From: a virus
Lineage: Duplodnaviria > Heunggongvirae > Uroviricota > Caudoviricetes
Length of the DNA stretch: 56,642 nt
Strand: one strand, 5' to 3'
Virus record (IMG/VR): IMGVR_UViG_2917461297_000001
Span: 1 to 56,642 of that record
Shown here: piece by piece, positions 30,616 through 40,727 of the stretch
How the letters are laid out: each line of letters opens with the position of its first letter
How positions within the stretch are numbered: position 1 is the first letter of the stretch
Program-made: the position numbers and the translations under genes
The notes under the pieces: model-generated
Seen by the model: the letters and a program-made list of their open reading frames with translations, nothing else
Told to the model about the DNA's origin: nothing
The model's database searches: none

Positions 30616-31340
30616 TCAGCAGCGTCCTTATGAGGAGACATGAACCAGTTACCAATCTCTTTTGTTTTAGGGTCTGCTGAAGCAACCAATTTAATTTCTG
30701 GTGCTAATGCTTCACCAGCTTCAAGTCCTAATTCAAACTCGGCTGAAGGTGTTACGTTATGGAACACAACGAATAAATCTTCAACGATTGATTCTGTTTC
30801 AGCTTCATAAATAATTGTGTTAAGCTGAGCTTTGTACTTCTCAGCAAATCGGTCAGCACGGATTGAGATAGATTTACCTTCACGCTCTTCTTTATAAACT
30901 GCTTGACCTTCTTTGCCTTTTTGGTTAGCAATATCGGCGACTGTAGCCACACCTTTAGCGAATGTAACTGAATGGTTATCACCTTTAGAGTCAACAAACA
31001 CACCTTCGCCGTCGAAGGAAGTATCTTTAAGAGTGATTTTACCTTCCTCACCAATCTCAACCGTATCTACTACTTCAATTTCAAGTGTTTGGTCGTCCAT
31101 AACTTTAACACCTTGTGTAGCAGCTAACCATTGTGGATTAAATACAGCGTCTTTTACTTCAATTTCTAATTCTTTGTTCGATTTGATAGTATAAAGGGTA
31201 CGGTTCCCAATACCACCTTTGATTTGGTCTTCGTCTACTGATTGTGAAATACTTGTTGATTGAGCCGTACCAGTAGCGATTTTAAAGTTGTCACTCTTAC
31301 GAGTTAAAAGTACGTCTGCAACGTCTTGGATATAAAGCAT
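30606..31340 (-). CDS. Major tail protein
   Basis: 244 aa, strong AGGAGG RBS, IKGGIGN..LYTIKSNKELEIEVKDAVF pattern, tail-module position. Confidence 0.8.
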   Translation of the reverse strand: MLYIQDVADVLLTRKSDNFKIATGTAQSTSISQSVDEDQIKGGIGNRTLYTIKSNKELEIEVKDAVFNPQWLAATQGVKVMDDQTLEIEVVDTVEIGEEGKITLKDTSFDGEGVFVDSKGDNHSVTFAKGVATVADIANQKGKEGQAVYKEEREGKSISIRADRFAEKYKAQLNTIIYEAETESIVEDLFVVFHNVTPSAEFELGLEAGEALAPEIKLVASADPKTKEIGNWFMSPHKDAAEKK

Positions 31341-31382
31341 ATAATTTATTCCTCCTGAATAATGTTTAATAATTTATTTCGA

Positions 31383-32189
31383 TTACTTACTGTTTCTTAT
31401 GCCAGATAATTGTTTCTTAAACTCATTGAACTGTTTGTCTGTATTCTTTTCTTCATATTGTAAATCAATATTTTTAGTCCAGTTTTCAATATCAACATCA
31501 GTCGCAACTGTTGCAAACAATCTGGTAGTTTCATAATTTATTAAGTAAGCAATTCTTTGAAAAGCATGTTGTAGCTGAAATGCGTTCCATTTAGAAATGA
31601 CACTAAAATCAATTCCGGAATATGTAACGCAAGTTGTAATCATTGTGGATAGATTAGGGGAGTCATCAGTATTACCTGTAAAATAAAGCTCTTTTTTGTC
31701 TTGACCACGTTGAATCTTAGGATTTAAAAAGGCTATCTTTTCAGTTTGGTTGTTTAGCGTCATTAATATTTTTCGTATTTCATCGAACTCTTCATCAGTT
31801 AAGCCAAATAAAAAGTCTCTAACCTCAGTTAAATTCTTTTCTTCGTCAGTCTCGTTTTGCTCATCAAACTTATAAAACAAAGTGAATCTTAAAATGATGA
31901 TATAATGTTGCAAATATTCATTAAAGTATTCTTTTAAAAGATAGAACAGGGGAAGTTCATACAATTCTTTTAACATCTCGTGGACTTTTTCATCTGTTAC
32001 TTCTTTGTTAGCAAGTTGATATGCTTTGCCTAACTCAGCCAATAGTTTCTTTTTGCCATAAGACAGGATAGAAATGGAACTCACACGTTTCATATATTCT
32101 TCAATTGAAAAAGGTTTGAACTCTCCATAAGGAGTATTAACAGGCAATCCTAATATTACTTTGTCCGCTATCACATTAGCATCTAACAT
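31383..32189 (-). CDS. Conserved-type hypothetical tail-module protein
   Basis: Long ORF; AGGTGA RBS supports ATG 32189 (MLDANV). Confidence 0.6.
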   Translation of the reverse strand: MLDANVIADKVILGLPVNTPYGEFKPFSIEEYMKRVSSISILSYGKKKLLAELGKAYQLANKEVTDEKVHEMLKELYELPLFYLLKEYFNEYLQHYIIILRFTLFYKFDEQNETDEEKNLTEVRDFLFGLTDEEFDEIRKILMTLNNQTEKIAFLNPKIQRGQDKKELYFTGNTDDSPNLSTMITTCVTYSGIDFSVISKWNAFQLQHAFQRIAYLINYETTRLFATVATDVDIENWTKNIDLQYEEKNTDKQFNEFKKQLSGIRNSK

Positions 32190-32193
32190 TGAA

Positions 32194-32715
32194 TCACCTA
32201 GCCTTATCCGTAACCAAATATTTTTGCTCAAAAGCTAAATATTCTTTTGGTGCTTCTCTAGGAAAAGAGTTGGCAAGTCTAGTTTTACCAATACCTGCTA
32301 TGTTTTTATTTACAAACAAAGTATCTAATCTATCACAAATTTCCTCAATTCTATGTGCAAACGAATAATCATTATGCGACAAGATTTGAAAAACGATTTC
32401 TCTATCTACTAATGTGTGGTTACCAAATTTAGCTTTAGATTTACCATAATACACAAACAACACTGTCTTTTTGTACTCTTCAATGTCGTCAGTTTTTTGT
32501 GTAGTTCTAATGTGGTCGTACACTATTTCATCGTACTCTTCCTCATCTAATTCTAAAATGTTAGGCAATGAGTCACTTGTAAAGTCAACATAGTTTCCAT
32601 TAGAATCAAGTGGATTATAATGCAACAGTCTCAGCATGTGCTCATCATTTTTAACAACATCGATAAATTTTTGTTTAATGTCTCCTCTGTTGGAAACTTT
32701 GTATTTAATGTTCAT
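32194..32715 (-). CDS. Putative tail terminator
   Basis: LLRLLHY.P.D, RIEEICDRLDTLF motifs; ATG 32715 overlaps the upstream stop; positional assignment. Confidence 0.55.
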   Translation of the reverse strand: MNIKYKVSNRGDIKQKFIDVVKNDEHMLRLLHYNPLDSNGNYVDFTSDSLPNILELDEEEYDEIVYDHIRTTQKTDDIEEYKKTVLFVYYGKSKAKFGNHTLVDREIVFQILSHNDYSFAHRIEEICDRLDTLFVNKNIAGIGKTRLANSFPREAPKEYLAFEQKYLVTDKAR

Positions 32716-33373
32716 ACTCGTTTTCAACTGCTTTCTGTGCCGACAAAGCGATATATCCTTCATCACCAACAACTTTATCTAACTGTATGTCTGTAATCTT
32801 ATACGTGTCATTAAACAATTCAAACTCATAATTAAGAGCCACATGATTTAAGTATCGAGGTTCATAACGCATATAAATAATTACTCTTCCTTCGGTCAAA
32901 GGTAAGATAGCATTGTCTGAAATGGAATAACCTTTAACATCAACGACAATGGGAATATTTTCGTATTCATATTCATATCTATAAGTGAATGCGCCATTGT
33001 GTCCTTTTACCTTAATCTTCTTTTTCTCAGTAGGTAGCTTAAAATCTTCGTTACACAATTTGCCATACAGATTTGGATAAATATCATTATCATTTGACTT
33101 CATAATTAGATAAGTATAATTTCGATGCTCAATGTAATTACCAATCTTCGCATACTCAGAATCTGGTGGAAGCAAGAAAGTTCTGTCAAAAAAATCTTTT
33201 TGATAAACACTTACTACTGACTTAGCCGATTCACCATTTACCTTTACACCAGTAAGGGTAGGGGAGGAATAAAAACTTCTGGCTGCACTTTGTCTACTTG
33301 CTTCGATAACATGCTGACTTAACGTAATTCCATAAGACGTGTTTACCTTTTTGTATCTTTCAAAGTAATCCAT
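32705..33373 (-). CDS. Putative head closure (stopper) protein
   Basis: Beta-rich, ends FELFNDTYKITDIQ...GYIAL; follows the adaptor. Confidence 0.55.
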   Translation of the reverse strand: MDYFERYKKVNTSYGITLSQHVIEASRQSAARSFYSSPTLTGVKVNGESAKSVVSVYQKDFFDRTFLLPPDSEYAKIGNYIEHRNYTYLIMKSNDNDIYPNLYGKLCNEDFKLPTEKKKIKVKGHNGAFTYRYEYEYENIPIVVDVKGYSISDNAILPLTEGRVIIYMRYEPRYLNHVALNYEFELFNDTYKITDIQLDKVVGDEGYIALSAQKAVENEYEH

Positions 33374-33792
33374 TATGAATCTTTCTTTCTAAATTTATTT
33401 CTAAAACTGTAAGCATTTTTCATAGCCTCAACATCAGACTGGTATTCTGCTTTTGTTGATTTTAACTCTTTAAGTAGAGTAGCTTGCGAGTATTGCTTAT
33501 AATCTTTAGAGTTTAGTAGAATTCTCATGTTATCTTCAGAAACAATAAACTTATCAAGATGATTGATAACCATTAGATTTGCTAGAATTTCTTGTTCTAA
33601 AACTGTTAAATCAGACATAAAAACATTATCTACATATTCTGCTTTTTCATCATCTAACTGAGTGAAGTAAGCAAGAGCTTGAATTAATTTCCTTTTTAAA
33701 TCTTCTTCAAGTGTTTCTTTATCTAGCTGAGCATAAGAGAAATCGGTGATTTTGGATAAAAATTTGTCATAAATTAAATTGAACTCAGTCAA
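33373..33792 (-). CDS. Putative head-tail adaptor
   Basis: FNLIYDKFLSKITD, LT..EQEILA.LM, KDYKQYSQA.LLKEL motifs; position after the capsid genes. Confidence 0.6.
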   Translation of the reverse strand: MTEFNLIYDKFLSKITDFSYAQLDKETLEEDLKRKLIQALAYFTQLDDEKAEYVDNVFMSDLTVLEQEILANLMVINHLDKFIVSEDNMRILLNSKDYKQYSQATLLKELKSTKAEYQSDVEAMKNAYSFRNKFRKKDS

Positions 33793-33805
33793 GAGTTATA
33801 ACCTC

Positions 33806-34393
33806 CTAACCGTTTAATACTGATAATGTTTGGTCGACATTTAAAGATTCTTCAATAGCACGAATTACATGTACATTTGATAATTCTCCAGCTTCATACT
33901 TTAACTTCATCGTTTGATAAATATTCTCTTTGATAGAAGGTGAGAACTTTGCTAGCTCTTCTTTTAATACGTTAGTGTCTAGTTCAAACAAGTCGTCTAA
34001 TTGTTCTGGAAGTAACACTTTATCCATATATTTTTTAATCCCTAAAAATTCAACAGCTTCTTCATCGTCAACAAACAACCAACCTTTTTCAAAAATACCA
34101 CGATTAGAGTTCTTCATGATTTGCAAGTCTTCAACTGTCATATAATCTGAATCTAAATATTCATCTAACTCTAAGAAACCATTACCTTTACGAGCTTCAT
34201 AAATAAATGATGCTTGTGACATATTGATAACTAATACTTCTTGAGCTAAGTCTAACTTTGGTTTAGTTGTACGCTTACGTGCAGTTGCTGTGGTCTTTTT
34301 AGCTGTTGATTTTGCAGCAGCTTTCTTTACTGGCTTTTCTTCAACCTTAGCTTCTTCTACAACTTCTTCTTCTTTTTTACTTCTAATTGCCAT
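33806..34393 (-). CDS. Hypothetical head-module protein (YonA-like position)
   Basis: 195 aa with K/A/T-rich low-complexity N-terminus, directly after the major capsid gene. Confidence 0.6.
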   Translation of the reverse strand: MAIRSKKEEEVVEEAKVEEKPVKKAAAKSTAKKTTATARKRTTKPKLDLAQEVLVINMSQASFIYEARKGNGFLELDEYLDSDYMTVEDLQIMKNSNRGIFEKGWLFVDDEEAVEFLGIKKYMDKVLLPEQLDDLFELDTNVLKEELAKFSPSIKENIYQTMKLKYEAGELSNVHVIRAIEESLNVDQTLSVLNG

Positions 34394-34423
34394 TCAATTT
34401 GCTCTCCTTTTGATAATAATAAT

Positions 34424-34454
34424 AGAAAAGCCCCCTCAAGATAGTAGGGAGCTT
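34424..34454 (-). terminator. Terminator after the major capsid gene
   Basis: Minus strand AAGCTCCC-TACTATCTTGA-GGGGGCTT-TTCT. Confidence 0.7.
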
Positions 34455-34474
34455 AATTTATGTTTTTGTTATTA

Positions 34475-35479
34475 TTAACCAGTGATTTCTACTGCGCCAT
34501 ATTTAGCACCAGTGATTACTGCCACACCAACGCTAGAAATAACGTCAAGAGACATCTGCATGTCTGTACGGTAAGTCTCAGAACCGCCTTCTTCACGCAC
34601 ATGATAGTAACCATCGAACACAACTTTAATTAATTTTTCGTTAGCTGAAGGTAGTACGAAAATTACATCATTCTTAATGCCAAACTCGTCAGTACCAGCT
34701 TTGTGGAATTGTGGAAGTGCAATAGCTTGGTAGCCGTCAACATAACCAAAATATCCTGCAACGTTCTTTTCACCTTTTTGAGAGTCTGATACATCTTCTG
34801 GTTTTAATTTACGTAAAGCTGCTTTTGTACCAACAATAATTGCTTCACCGTTTGCAGCGTCTACATGGTCAGCAATTTCTAATACTTTATCTTTCAAAGT
34901 ACCATCACTACCAGAAACATTAGCCTTATAAGTAGAACCTAATTTACTTACAGAACCATATAATGCTTGTGCAATTCGTTGAGCAGTGTCGTTAACGAAT
35001 GATTCGGCTAAGCGTGCAGTTAATTTAGCCCAGTCAACTCGACCAGCTAAGAAACGTGTTAATTCTTCATATACACCAGCACCGATATATTGCATGTCTA
35101 CTACTAATTCGTCGTTATCTAAACGTTTACGTAACACGTTTCCGTTACCAGCAGAAATAGTAGCGATTGGGAATAATGCGATGTCTTCTACAATAAATTT
35201 GTTCTCATCACCAAAACTCAAGTTTTTGTACTCAGCAAATTGACCAAAGACTTCAGCAGTACGGTCGTTTACCACTGGAGCGATTGTGTCTTCAATAAAT
35301 TCAAATAATTCAACTTTGTGCTTGCGGAATGTGCGTGCATCTAATTTGTCAGTTCCAAACTCTTCAACCATTTTCTGACGAATAGCGTCTGATAAGTCAG
35401 CATTAGAAAAATTTGTAGTTGATTGCCCTTTAGAGGCAGCAATCGCCATTTTCTTTAATTCAGTATTTAATAATGTCAT
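34475..35479 (-). CDS. Major capsid protein
   Basis: 334 aa; FELIEDTI-like start, FAEYKNLSFGDENKF, GAGVYEELTRFLAGRVDWA pattern of SPbeta-like capsids; GGAGG RBS. Confidence 0.85.
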   Translation of the reverse strand: MTLLNTELKKMAIAASKGQSTTNFSNADLSDAIRQKMVEEFGTDKLDARTFRKHKVELFEFIEDTIAPVVNDRTAEVFGQFAEYKNLSFGDENKFIVEDIALFPIATISAGNGNVLRKRLDNDELVVDMQYIGAGVYEELTRFLAGRVDWAKLTARLAESFVNDTAQRIAQALYGSVSKLGSTYKANVSGSDGTLKDKVLEIADHVDAANGEAIIVGTKAALRKLKPEDVSDSQKGEKNVAGYFGYVDGYQAIALPQFHKAGTDEFGIKNDVIFVLPSANEKLIKVVFDGYYHVREEGGSETYRTDMQMSLDVISSVGVAVITGAKYGAVEITG

Positions 35480-35510
35480 TTATTTTTAATCCTCCGATAT
35501 GTTCAATAAT

Positions 35511-35948
35511 TTATTTTACTCTACGAATACGATAAGCTGGGCGACGGTCTGCGCCAATCACAGTCACTAATTCTAATTTGAAATCGCCTTCACCTTTAAC
35601 AAACTTACCATCTTGGATAGTTAATGTGTCTTTAGCTTGTAGTGAATCAGCGTGCAATTTCTGCTCAACTGTTACTGTGGCACCAACTTCTAAACGGTGT
35701 ACACGCATTACTTTTCCTTTTTTAATTACGAAATCTAAAGAATCAGATGAAGCCTTCTTAGTTGGGTCTACTTCTGGCTCTGTTACTAAAAAGTAGTTAT
35801 CTGCAGTAGCTGTTACTGCATTGTATAAGCGGTCTTCACCTTCAACTAAATCTCCAAGACCAACTAAAGCTCCATTCTCGTAATCTTTGTCAGCAAGGAC
35901 TGATTCTACATAGTGACCTAATACACGGTCTAAGTTAATTTTTGCCAT
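35511..35948 (-). CDS. Putative capsid decoration protein
   Basis: 145 aa between scaffold and capsid; YENGALVGLGDL, GKVMRVHRLEVG motifs. Confidence 0.65.
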   Translation of the reverse strand: MAKINLDRVLGHYVESVLADKDYENGALVGLGDLVEGEDRLYNAVTATADNYFLVTEPEVDPTKKASSDSLDFVIKKGKVMRVHRLEVGATVTVEQKLHADSLQAKDTLTIQDGKFVKGEGDFKLELVTVIGADRRPAYRIRRVK

Positions 35949-35976
35949 TTATATTATTCCTCCGATAATTTATTTA

Positions 35977-37362
35977 TTATTTTAGCTCTTCTAAAATAGC
36001 ATCGAATTTGCTTAATTTATTTTCTTTAGAAGAAATTCCAACCTTATTAAATGTAGCTGAATTAGCAGAATATGCTAAAGCTGATTGGTCGTTCGTTAAT
36101 GACTTTTTACCAATAGTTGCAAAAATTTCTGTTTCTAACTCTGCAATACTTAATTTATCTGATTTAGCTTTTAATTCCTCTAACTCACCACTTGTTAATT
36201 TGCTAGAGTAATTATTAAACAACGAAGTAACTTTTTCTTGATGGACTTGTTGTTCTAAAGCTGAATACTTTTCTTTTACTTCATCAAGCTCTTTAAGAAG
36301 ATTAGCGACATCTTCAACTGAATATTCTTTACCTAAAACTTTAATCAAATCAGCAACTTTCGGTAATTCCTCTTGTGCTTTCTGAATTTCTTTATGTACC
36401 CCAGCAGCTTTTTCAACGTCTTGCTCGTCAACTGTTAATTGTTCTTTTACAGGCTTAGAGTCTGACTCAGCTTTTAATTCATCATCTTCCTCTTCATTAG
36501 GTGATACGTCTTCTTGACCTTTCTTTTTGCCTAAATCTTCTTCAGTATCTTTTTGTAAGTCGTCTTGACCCTCTTCTTCTAAATCATCTCCAAGTTCTTC
36601 AGTGCCTTCACCTAATGACACTTCTTGGTCTTCTGACTCGTCAAATTTAGTCTTGTCTTTTTTTGACAATGTGTTTCCTCCTTCGCTTAATGAGAATTTA
36701 ATAGCTTCAAACTGGTTCATCTTCTCATTAATAAATTCTTTTGTGTTTGCTGAGAATTTTAATTCCACTGTACTGTTCTTCATAGCTGGTTCAACATCGT
36801 CTCCCAACAAGCAAGCACCATAGAACTTAAATTCTTCAAATATTAAGTGAGTTCCATCAAAGTATGCTTTGTAATCTTCTGAAATTTCCATAGATTGAGA
36901 AGTAACACCATTTTTCCCGTAAAGAATTTCAATAGCATCTTCCCACTTGTTCCAAAGAATACCTTCTACCGTTAAATAAACACGCTCAATCATATCATCG
37001 CCAACTCGACTCTCGAATTTAGCGTTGTTGTCCTCAGGAATAACACCAAAAGGAACGGTAGTATTGATGAATTTTATATCACCATCATCAGTGATTAATA
37101 CATCAGTTTCATGTCCTAAAAAGTCTTTGTTACCTTCACCAAGTAATGAGATGCTCCCCATAATTGGTGTGTTAGCTAGGGTAGGGATAGCTTTCTCAAC
37201 AACTTCTTTATTAAAAACAGAACCGTTAAGATTCTCACCTAAATGCATCAGCCAAATCTTCACCTTAGTAAATCGTAAATCGTTATCTGCCGACTCAAAT
37301 GTTTTTAAAACTTGAGTAGACATTGGTAAACTATTACTAAACTTATTCACTTTATTCACCAC
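35977..37362 (-). CDS. Prohead protease/scaffold fusion (YonD-like)
   Basis: N-terminal protease-like region (MHLGENLNGS, TLANTPIMG, SQSMEI, GACLLG..VEPAM) followed by an acidic coiled-coil scaffold. Confidence 0.8.
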   Translation of the reverse strand: MVNKVNKFSNSLPMSTQVLKTFESADNDLRFTKVKIWLMHLGENLNGSVFNKEVVEKAIPTLANTPIMGSISLLGEGNKDFLGHETDVLITDDGDIKFINTTVPFGVIPEDNNAKFESRVGDDMIERVYLTVEGILWNKWEDAIEILYGKNGVTSQSMEISEDYKAYFDGTHLIFEEFKFYGACLLGDDVEPAMKNSTVELKFSANTKEFINEKMNQFEAIKFSLSEGGNTLSKKDKTKFDESEDQEVSLGEGTEELGDDLEEEGQDDLQKDTEEDLGKKKGQEDVSPNEEEDDELKAESDSKPVKEQLTVDEQDVEKAAGVHKEIQKAQEELPKVADLIKVLGKEYSVEDVANLLKELDEVKEKYSALEQQVHQEKVTSLFNNYSSKLTSGELEELKAKSDKLSIAELETEIFATIGKKSLTNDQSALAYSANSATFNKVGISSKENKLSKFDAILEELK

Positions 37363-38896
37363 CTTTTAAAGAACTTTCTTCATCTCTTCCTTGTGATGAA
37401 TCAATGTTTGTTTGTCCACTTTGGCTAATCTCGTCGCTATCTTTTTGGGGACGTCCGCCTTTAGATTCAGTTTCATTCTTACTCTCTAAAGCATTGTTGA
37501 TTCCTCCAGTGTGAGAACTAGCCAGTGGAACCATTTTAATGTCTAAATCAAGAATCTCATTCTCTAGTTCAAGCGTGGTCATTAACGTATGGTAATCTTG
37601 TCCATGCATAGCTGCTATTTCGCCTCTAACCGCAAATCCTAGGGTTCCAGATTTGATTAATTGTTCTAAATATTTATCCTCACTCATAGCAGTTACGTTC
37701 AATAAAGTAACACGCCATTGAGTTTTAGCTACAATATTTCCAAATCTAATTTTTCTATTTAACCAACGCTCAACCTGTCTGTAAAAGTTGATAACTAATT
37801 GCTCATCTTTCTTAACAGAATATTGTAACCCGCCAGTTGAGTTTTTATCATTGTTAAAGATGTGAGCTGAAACACCAGATGAATTATAAACATCACGTGT
37901 TGCTTCTTGAACTTTATCGTTCTTATCATCTTTATCCAGTTTGATAGGATTAATCTCCATTGGCGAAACGATAGCACCAATTTCTTCTGGTAGATTCTCA
38001 TTCACCAACATACTGAAATAATCTAAAGCATCAGAAGAGATTGAGAAGTTATCAGCTTGATAATCATTATTCTTGTTATCAAACATAGGAACTTTCTGAT
38101 GTAACAACATGTAGTTATTAATCTTAGCTCCAGCTTTTTTCAACTTCTTATAGTCATTTAACTCTAACAATGGTTCAAACATTGCTGAGAAGGGTGGGAA
38201 TATCTCCACGTCGTCTTCATTAAATTTAAAACATACCGATTTTGTAAAATCTGGTTCAAACCATCTATTACCATTGTTAATCTTCATGATTTTGTAAGCT
38301 CTTTGGAACTCTTCAGGAAATGTAGTTAGTAATTCTTTTCGGTCATTAAAATAAGTTAAGTTGAAAGTGAATGTATACATGCCATCGGCGATTCCATTGA
38401 TTTTACAATAGTTAGGGTCTAATTTAAGTAAAAAGTAATTGTCGTTATCTTCTATCTCGTATCCAAAATAAATATCTTCGATGACGCAAGTTTTAAAAAC
38501 CTTAGATAACTCATGTTTAAGATTCATTTTGTTAAGTTGTATGGATAATTTAGATAAGTCTTTTTTTACCTTATTTTCTCCCATAGCTTTAGTATCATTA
38601 TGAATCGGATTTAAAACATAATAAAAACGAGCCATGTTGATGTAATAGTTTAGTAAACTACGATATTCACCAGATGTTTTATATAGCATATTAGATAATT
38701 TAATTAGGTTGCTATAAAACTTTTCAGGCTTTCTAATCCACTTTAAAACGTCTACATTAGAAACTTCATCAAGTGAGGTTCTAGAAGTGTTATACAAAGC
38801 TGAAAGGCTGTGGTGATTTGTTAAAGGTAGTTTTCTTGCAGTAGAATAATTTCTTATGTATTCTTGAAATTTAGTAATATCTTTTTTATCTTCCAA
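37352..38896 (-). CDS. Portal protein
   Basis: 514 aa between TerL and protease; ends ..PL.SSHT...GGRPQKD typical of portals. Confidence 0.85.
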   Translation of the reverse strand: MEDKKDITKFQEYIRNYSTARKLPLTNHHSLSALYNTSRTSLDEVSNVDVLKWIRKPEKFYSNLIKLSNMLYKTSGEYRSLLNYYINMARFYYVLNPIHNDTKAMGENKVKKDLSKLSIQLNKMNLKHELSKVFKTCVIEDIYFGYEIEDNDNYFLLKLDPNYCKINGIADGMYTFTFNLTYFNDRKELLTTFPEEFQRAYKIMKINNGNRWFEPDFTKSVCFKFNEDDVEIFPPFSAMFEPLLELNDYKKLKKAGAKINNYMLLHQKVPMFDNKNNDYQADNFSISSDALDYFSMLVNENLPEEIGAIVSPMEINPIKLDKDDKNDKVQEATRDVYNSSGVSAHIFNNDKNSTGGLQYSVKKDEQLVINFYRQVERWLNRKIRFGNIVAKTQWRVTLLNVTAMSEDKYLEQLIKSGTLGFAVRGEIAAMHGQDYHTLMTTLELENEILDLDIKMVPLASSHTGGINNALESKNETESKGGRPQKDSDEISQSGQTNIDSSQGRDEESSLKGGE

Positions 38897-38915
38897 CGAA
38901 CTTACTCACACCTTT

Positions 38916-40727
38916 CTATACTATTGCTTTTGGTTTCCTCATCGAACCAAAGTTTCTAAAGTTTGTTGTTTTTGCAGTACGTTGTAGTTCACGTTCTAGT
39001 ACGGTAGCAAATTGGTTCCCATAAGATACAGAAGAGTATCTATCCTTACGTGCCGTTCCGTATGTAACAAGTTTGAAGGCTCCACCTTCCATATTAACTT
39101 GTTCTAAATTCATAGCTTCATTAATGAACATTTCTGTTTGTCTAAATGGATATTTCAATAATGCTTGAATATTATTCTTTAAATGAGAGAATTTTATTTT
39201 ATTATTGTTTCTCATTAGCTCCTCTGCTAATTCTTCTCTTATTAATAGTCTAAACTTACCACGCATAAAGTTATCCGCTAATAAGTTCGCCATCTCCATG
39301 TTTTTCTCATTAGTGGCATTAATTGTGTAGATTACCCGTGGTGCTTCAGGAAACTTTGATGTTGCTGCCAATTTATCGTCGTTATAAACATTTAGCGGCT
39401 CATATTCAATACCACGTTCAGTGTCTAATAATGGCACTCTCAAATTATCTAAAATACCATAACCAACGTTTCTAGAGTCAAGCACAATGTAATCACAATC
39501 AAAATCATCATAAAGTTGCCTAATTCTTATTGCTTGAGTTAGGAAGTCTTCTCCTTCCATATCTTGCATATAGACCAGTTGCCGTTCGTATTGTTTATTC
39601 TTAGGTACCAGCCTGATTAAGCTAAATACAGAAGCGTCATTTGAATTACCACCCATACGAGCAACGTCGACAGATAGTATTCTTTTTTCTTTTGGTTCTT
39701 TTTTAGGGTTTACTATGTTTGTGTGCTCAGTAACCTCTCTTGGATAGAAAGCCTCAGTAATTTTTCTGTTAATATCAATCTTGTTAAAATTAAAGAAGGC
39801 TGATTCTGATTCTCCCCACCAACGAGCTTCCATCTCCATAGCAAATTTCATCTTGGTAAAACCATCTGCTTGTGCTTCTGCTTTCATACTTTCATGTGAA
39901 TATAATTTTTCTTGCACGCCTGTATAATAGGGGACATGACAAACAAATGACCTTAATGCATCTTCACTCTTTTTCTTTAGCATATGTTTTGTGTAATTAA
40001 GTGTTGTTGTGTAACCCCAATGAGATTTATACCATGCTGATGATAAGTACATCTGCATGTTTTCTTCTCGTTTATAGTCTTTGTACTCCGGCTTAGTTAA
40101 GAACAATGGTTCACGTTGAGACGTCAACATCTTCTTAAATACCGAGTTAATAATATCAGGGTCAACTTTTACAAACTCATCGACCAAAAGTAAATTAGCA
40201 CGATAGCCACGAGCATTGTCATTTGAAGCTGCAACTCTAATCCAACTACCATTTTGGAATACGATAATTGGCTTTTGGTTACCAGTCTTTAATTCAGCTA
40301 TTTCTCTTTGTAGTAGTGGAGCATTAGGTAAAATCTCATTCTCAATCTTCTCAAGAATCAAGATACCTTGTGACTTAGTAGGGGCTGTAACAACTATCTT
40401 TGTACCCGGAAAAAGTACACATCTAGTTACGCAATACACCGCAGATAAAAAGGACTTCCCGATGCCCCTCGAGGCAATAAATACAAAGTAATGATGTTGT
40501 ATCATCGCCCACAAAAGTACGCATTGAAACGGTTTCAGATTAATGTTCAAAAATTCCAACACAAATCTATGCGGGTTCTCTCTGTAATAAGCTATCCATA
40601 TCGCTATATTCTTCATAGCTGATACAGACTTAGATTCTGTTTTTCTATGATTACGTCTTAACTTGAATAAATTTACTTTAGAGTGATATTGACTTCTATG
40701 AGTACCATTACTTACACTAAAACCCAT
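38916..40727 (-). CDS. terL: Terminase large subunit
   Basis: Walker A ASRGIGKS, Walker B LLLVDEF, RNase H-like nuclease SVDVARMG...ND and KDRYS. Confidence 0.93.
   Translation of the reverse strand: MGFSVSNGTHRSQYHSKVNLFKLRRNHRKTESKSVSAMKNIAIWIAYYRENPHRFVLEFLNINLKPFQCVLLWAMIQHHYFVFIASRGIGKSFLSAVYCVTRCVLFPGTKIVVTAPTKSQGILILEKIENEILPNAPLLQREIAELKTGNQKPIIVFQNGSWIRVAASNDNARGYRANLLLVDEFVKVDPDIINSVFKKMLTSQREPLFLTKPEYKDYKREENMQMYLSSAWYKSHWGYTTTLNYTKHMLKKKSEDALRSFVCHVPYYTGVQEKLYSHESMKAEAQADGFTKMKFAMEMEARWWGESESAFFNFNKIDINRKITEAFYPREVTEHTNIVNPKKEPKEKRILSVDVARMGGNSNDASVFSLIRLVPKNKQYERQLVYMQDMEGEDFLTQAIRIRQLYDDFDCDYIVLDSRNVGYGILDNLRVPLLDTERGIEYEPLNVYNDDKLAATSKFPEAPRVIYTINATNEKNMEMANLLADNFMRGKFRLLIREELAEELMRNNNKIKFSHLKNNIQALLKYPFRQTEMFINEAMNLEQVNMEGGAFKLVTYGTARKDRYSSVSYGNQFATVLERELQRTAKTTNFRNFGSMRKPKAIV

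Noticed and set aside
3202-40491. Numerous plus-strand ORFs of 60-175 aa antisense to the late genes (e.g. 3745-4272, 11982-12365, 25447-25827)
   Set aside because: Fully nested opposite long, well-supported genes; Ser/Leu-rich antisense composition; no RBS
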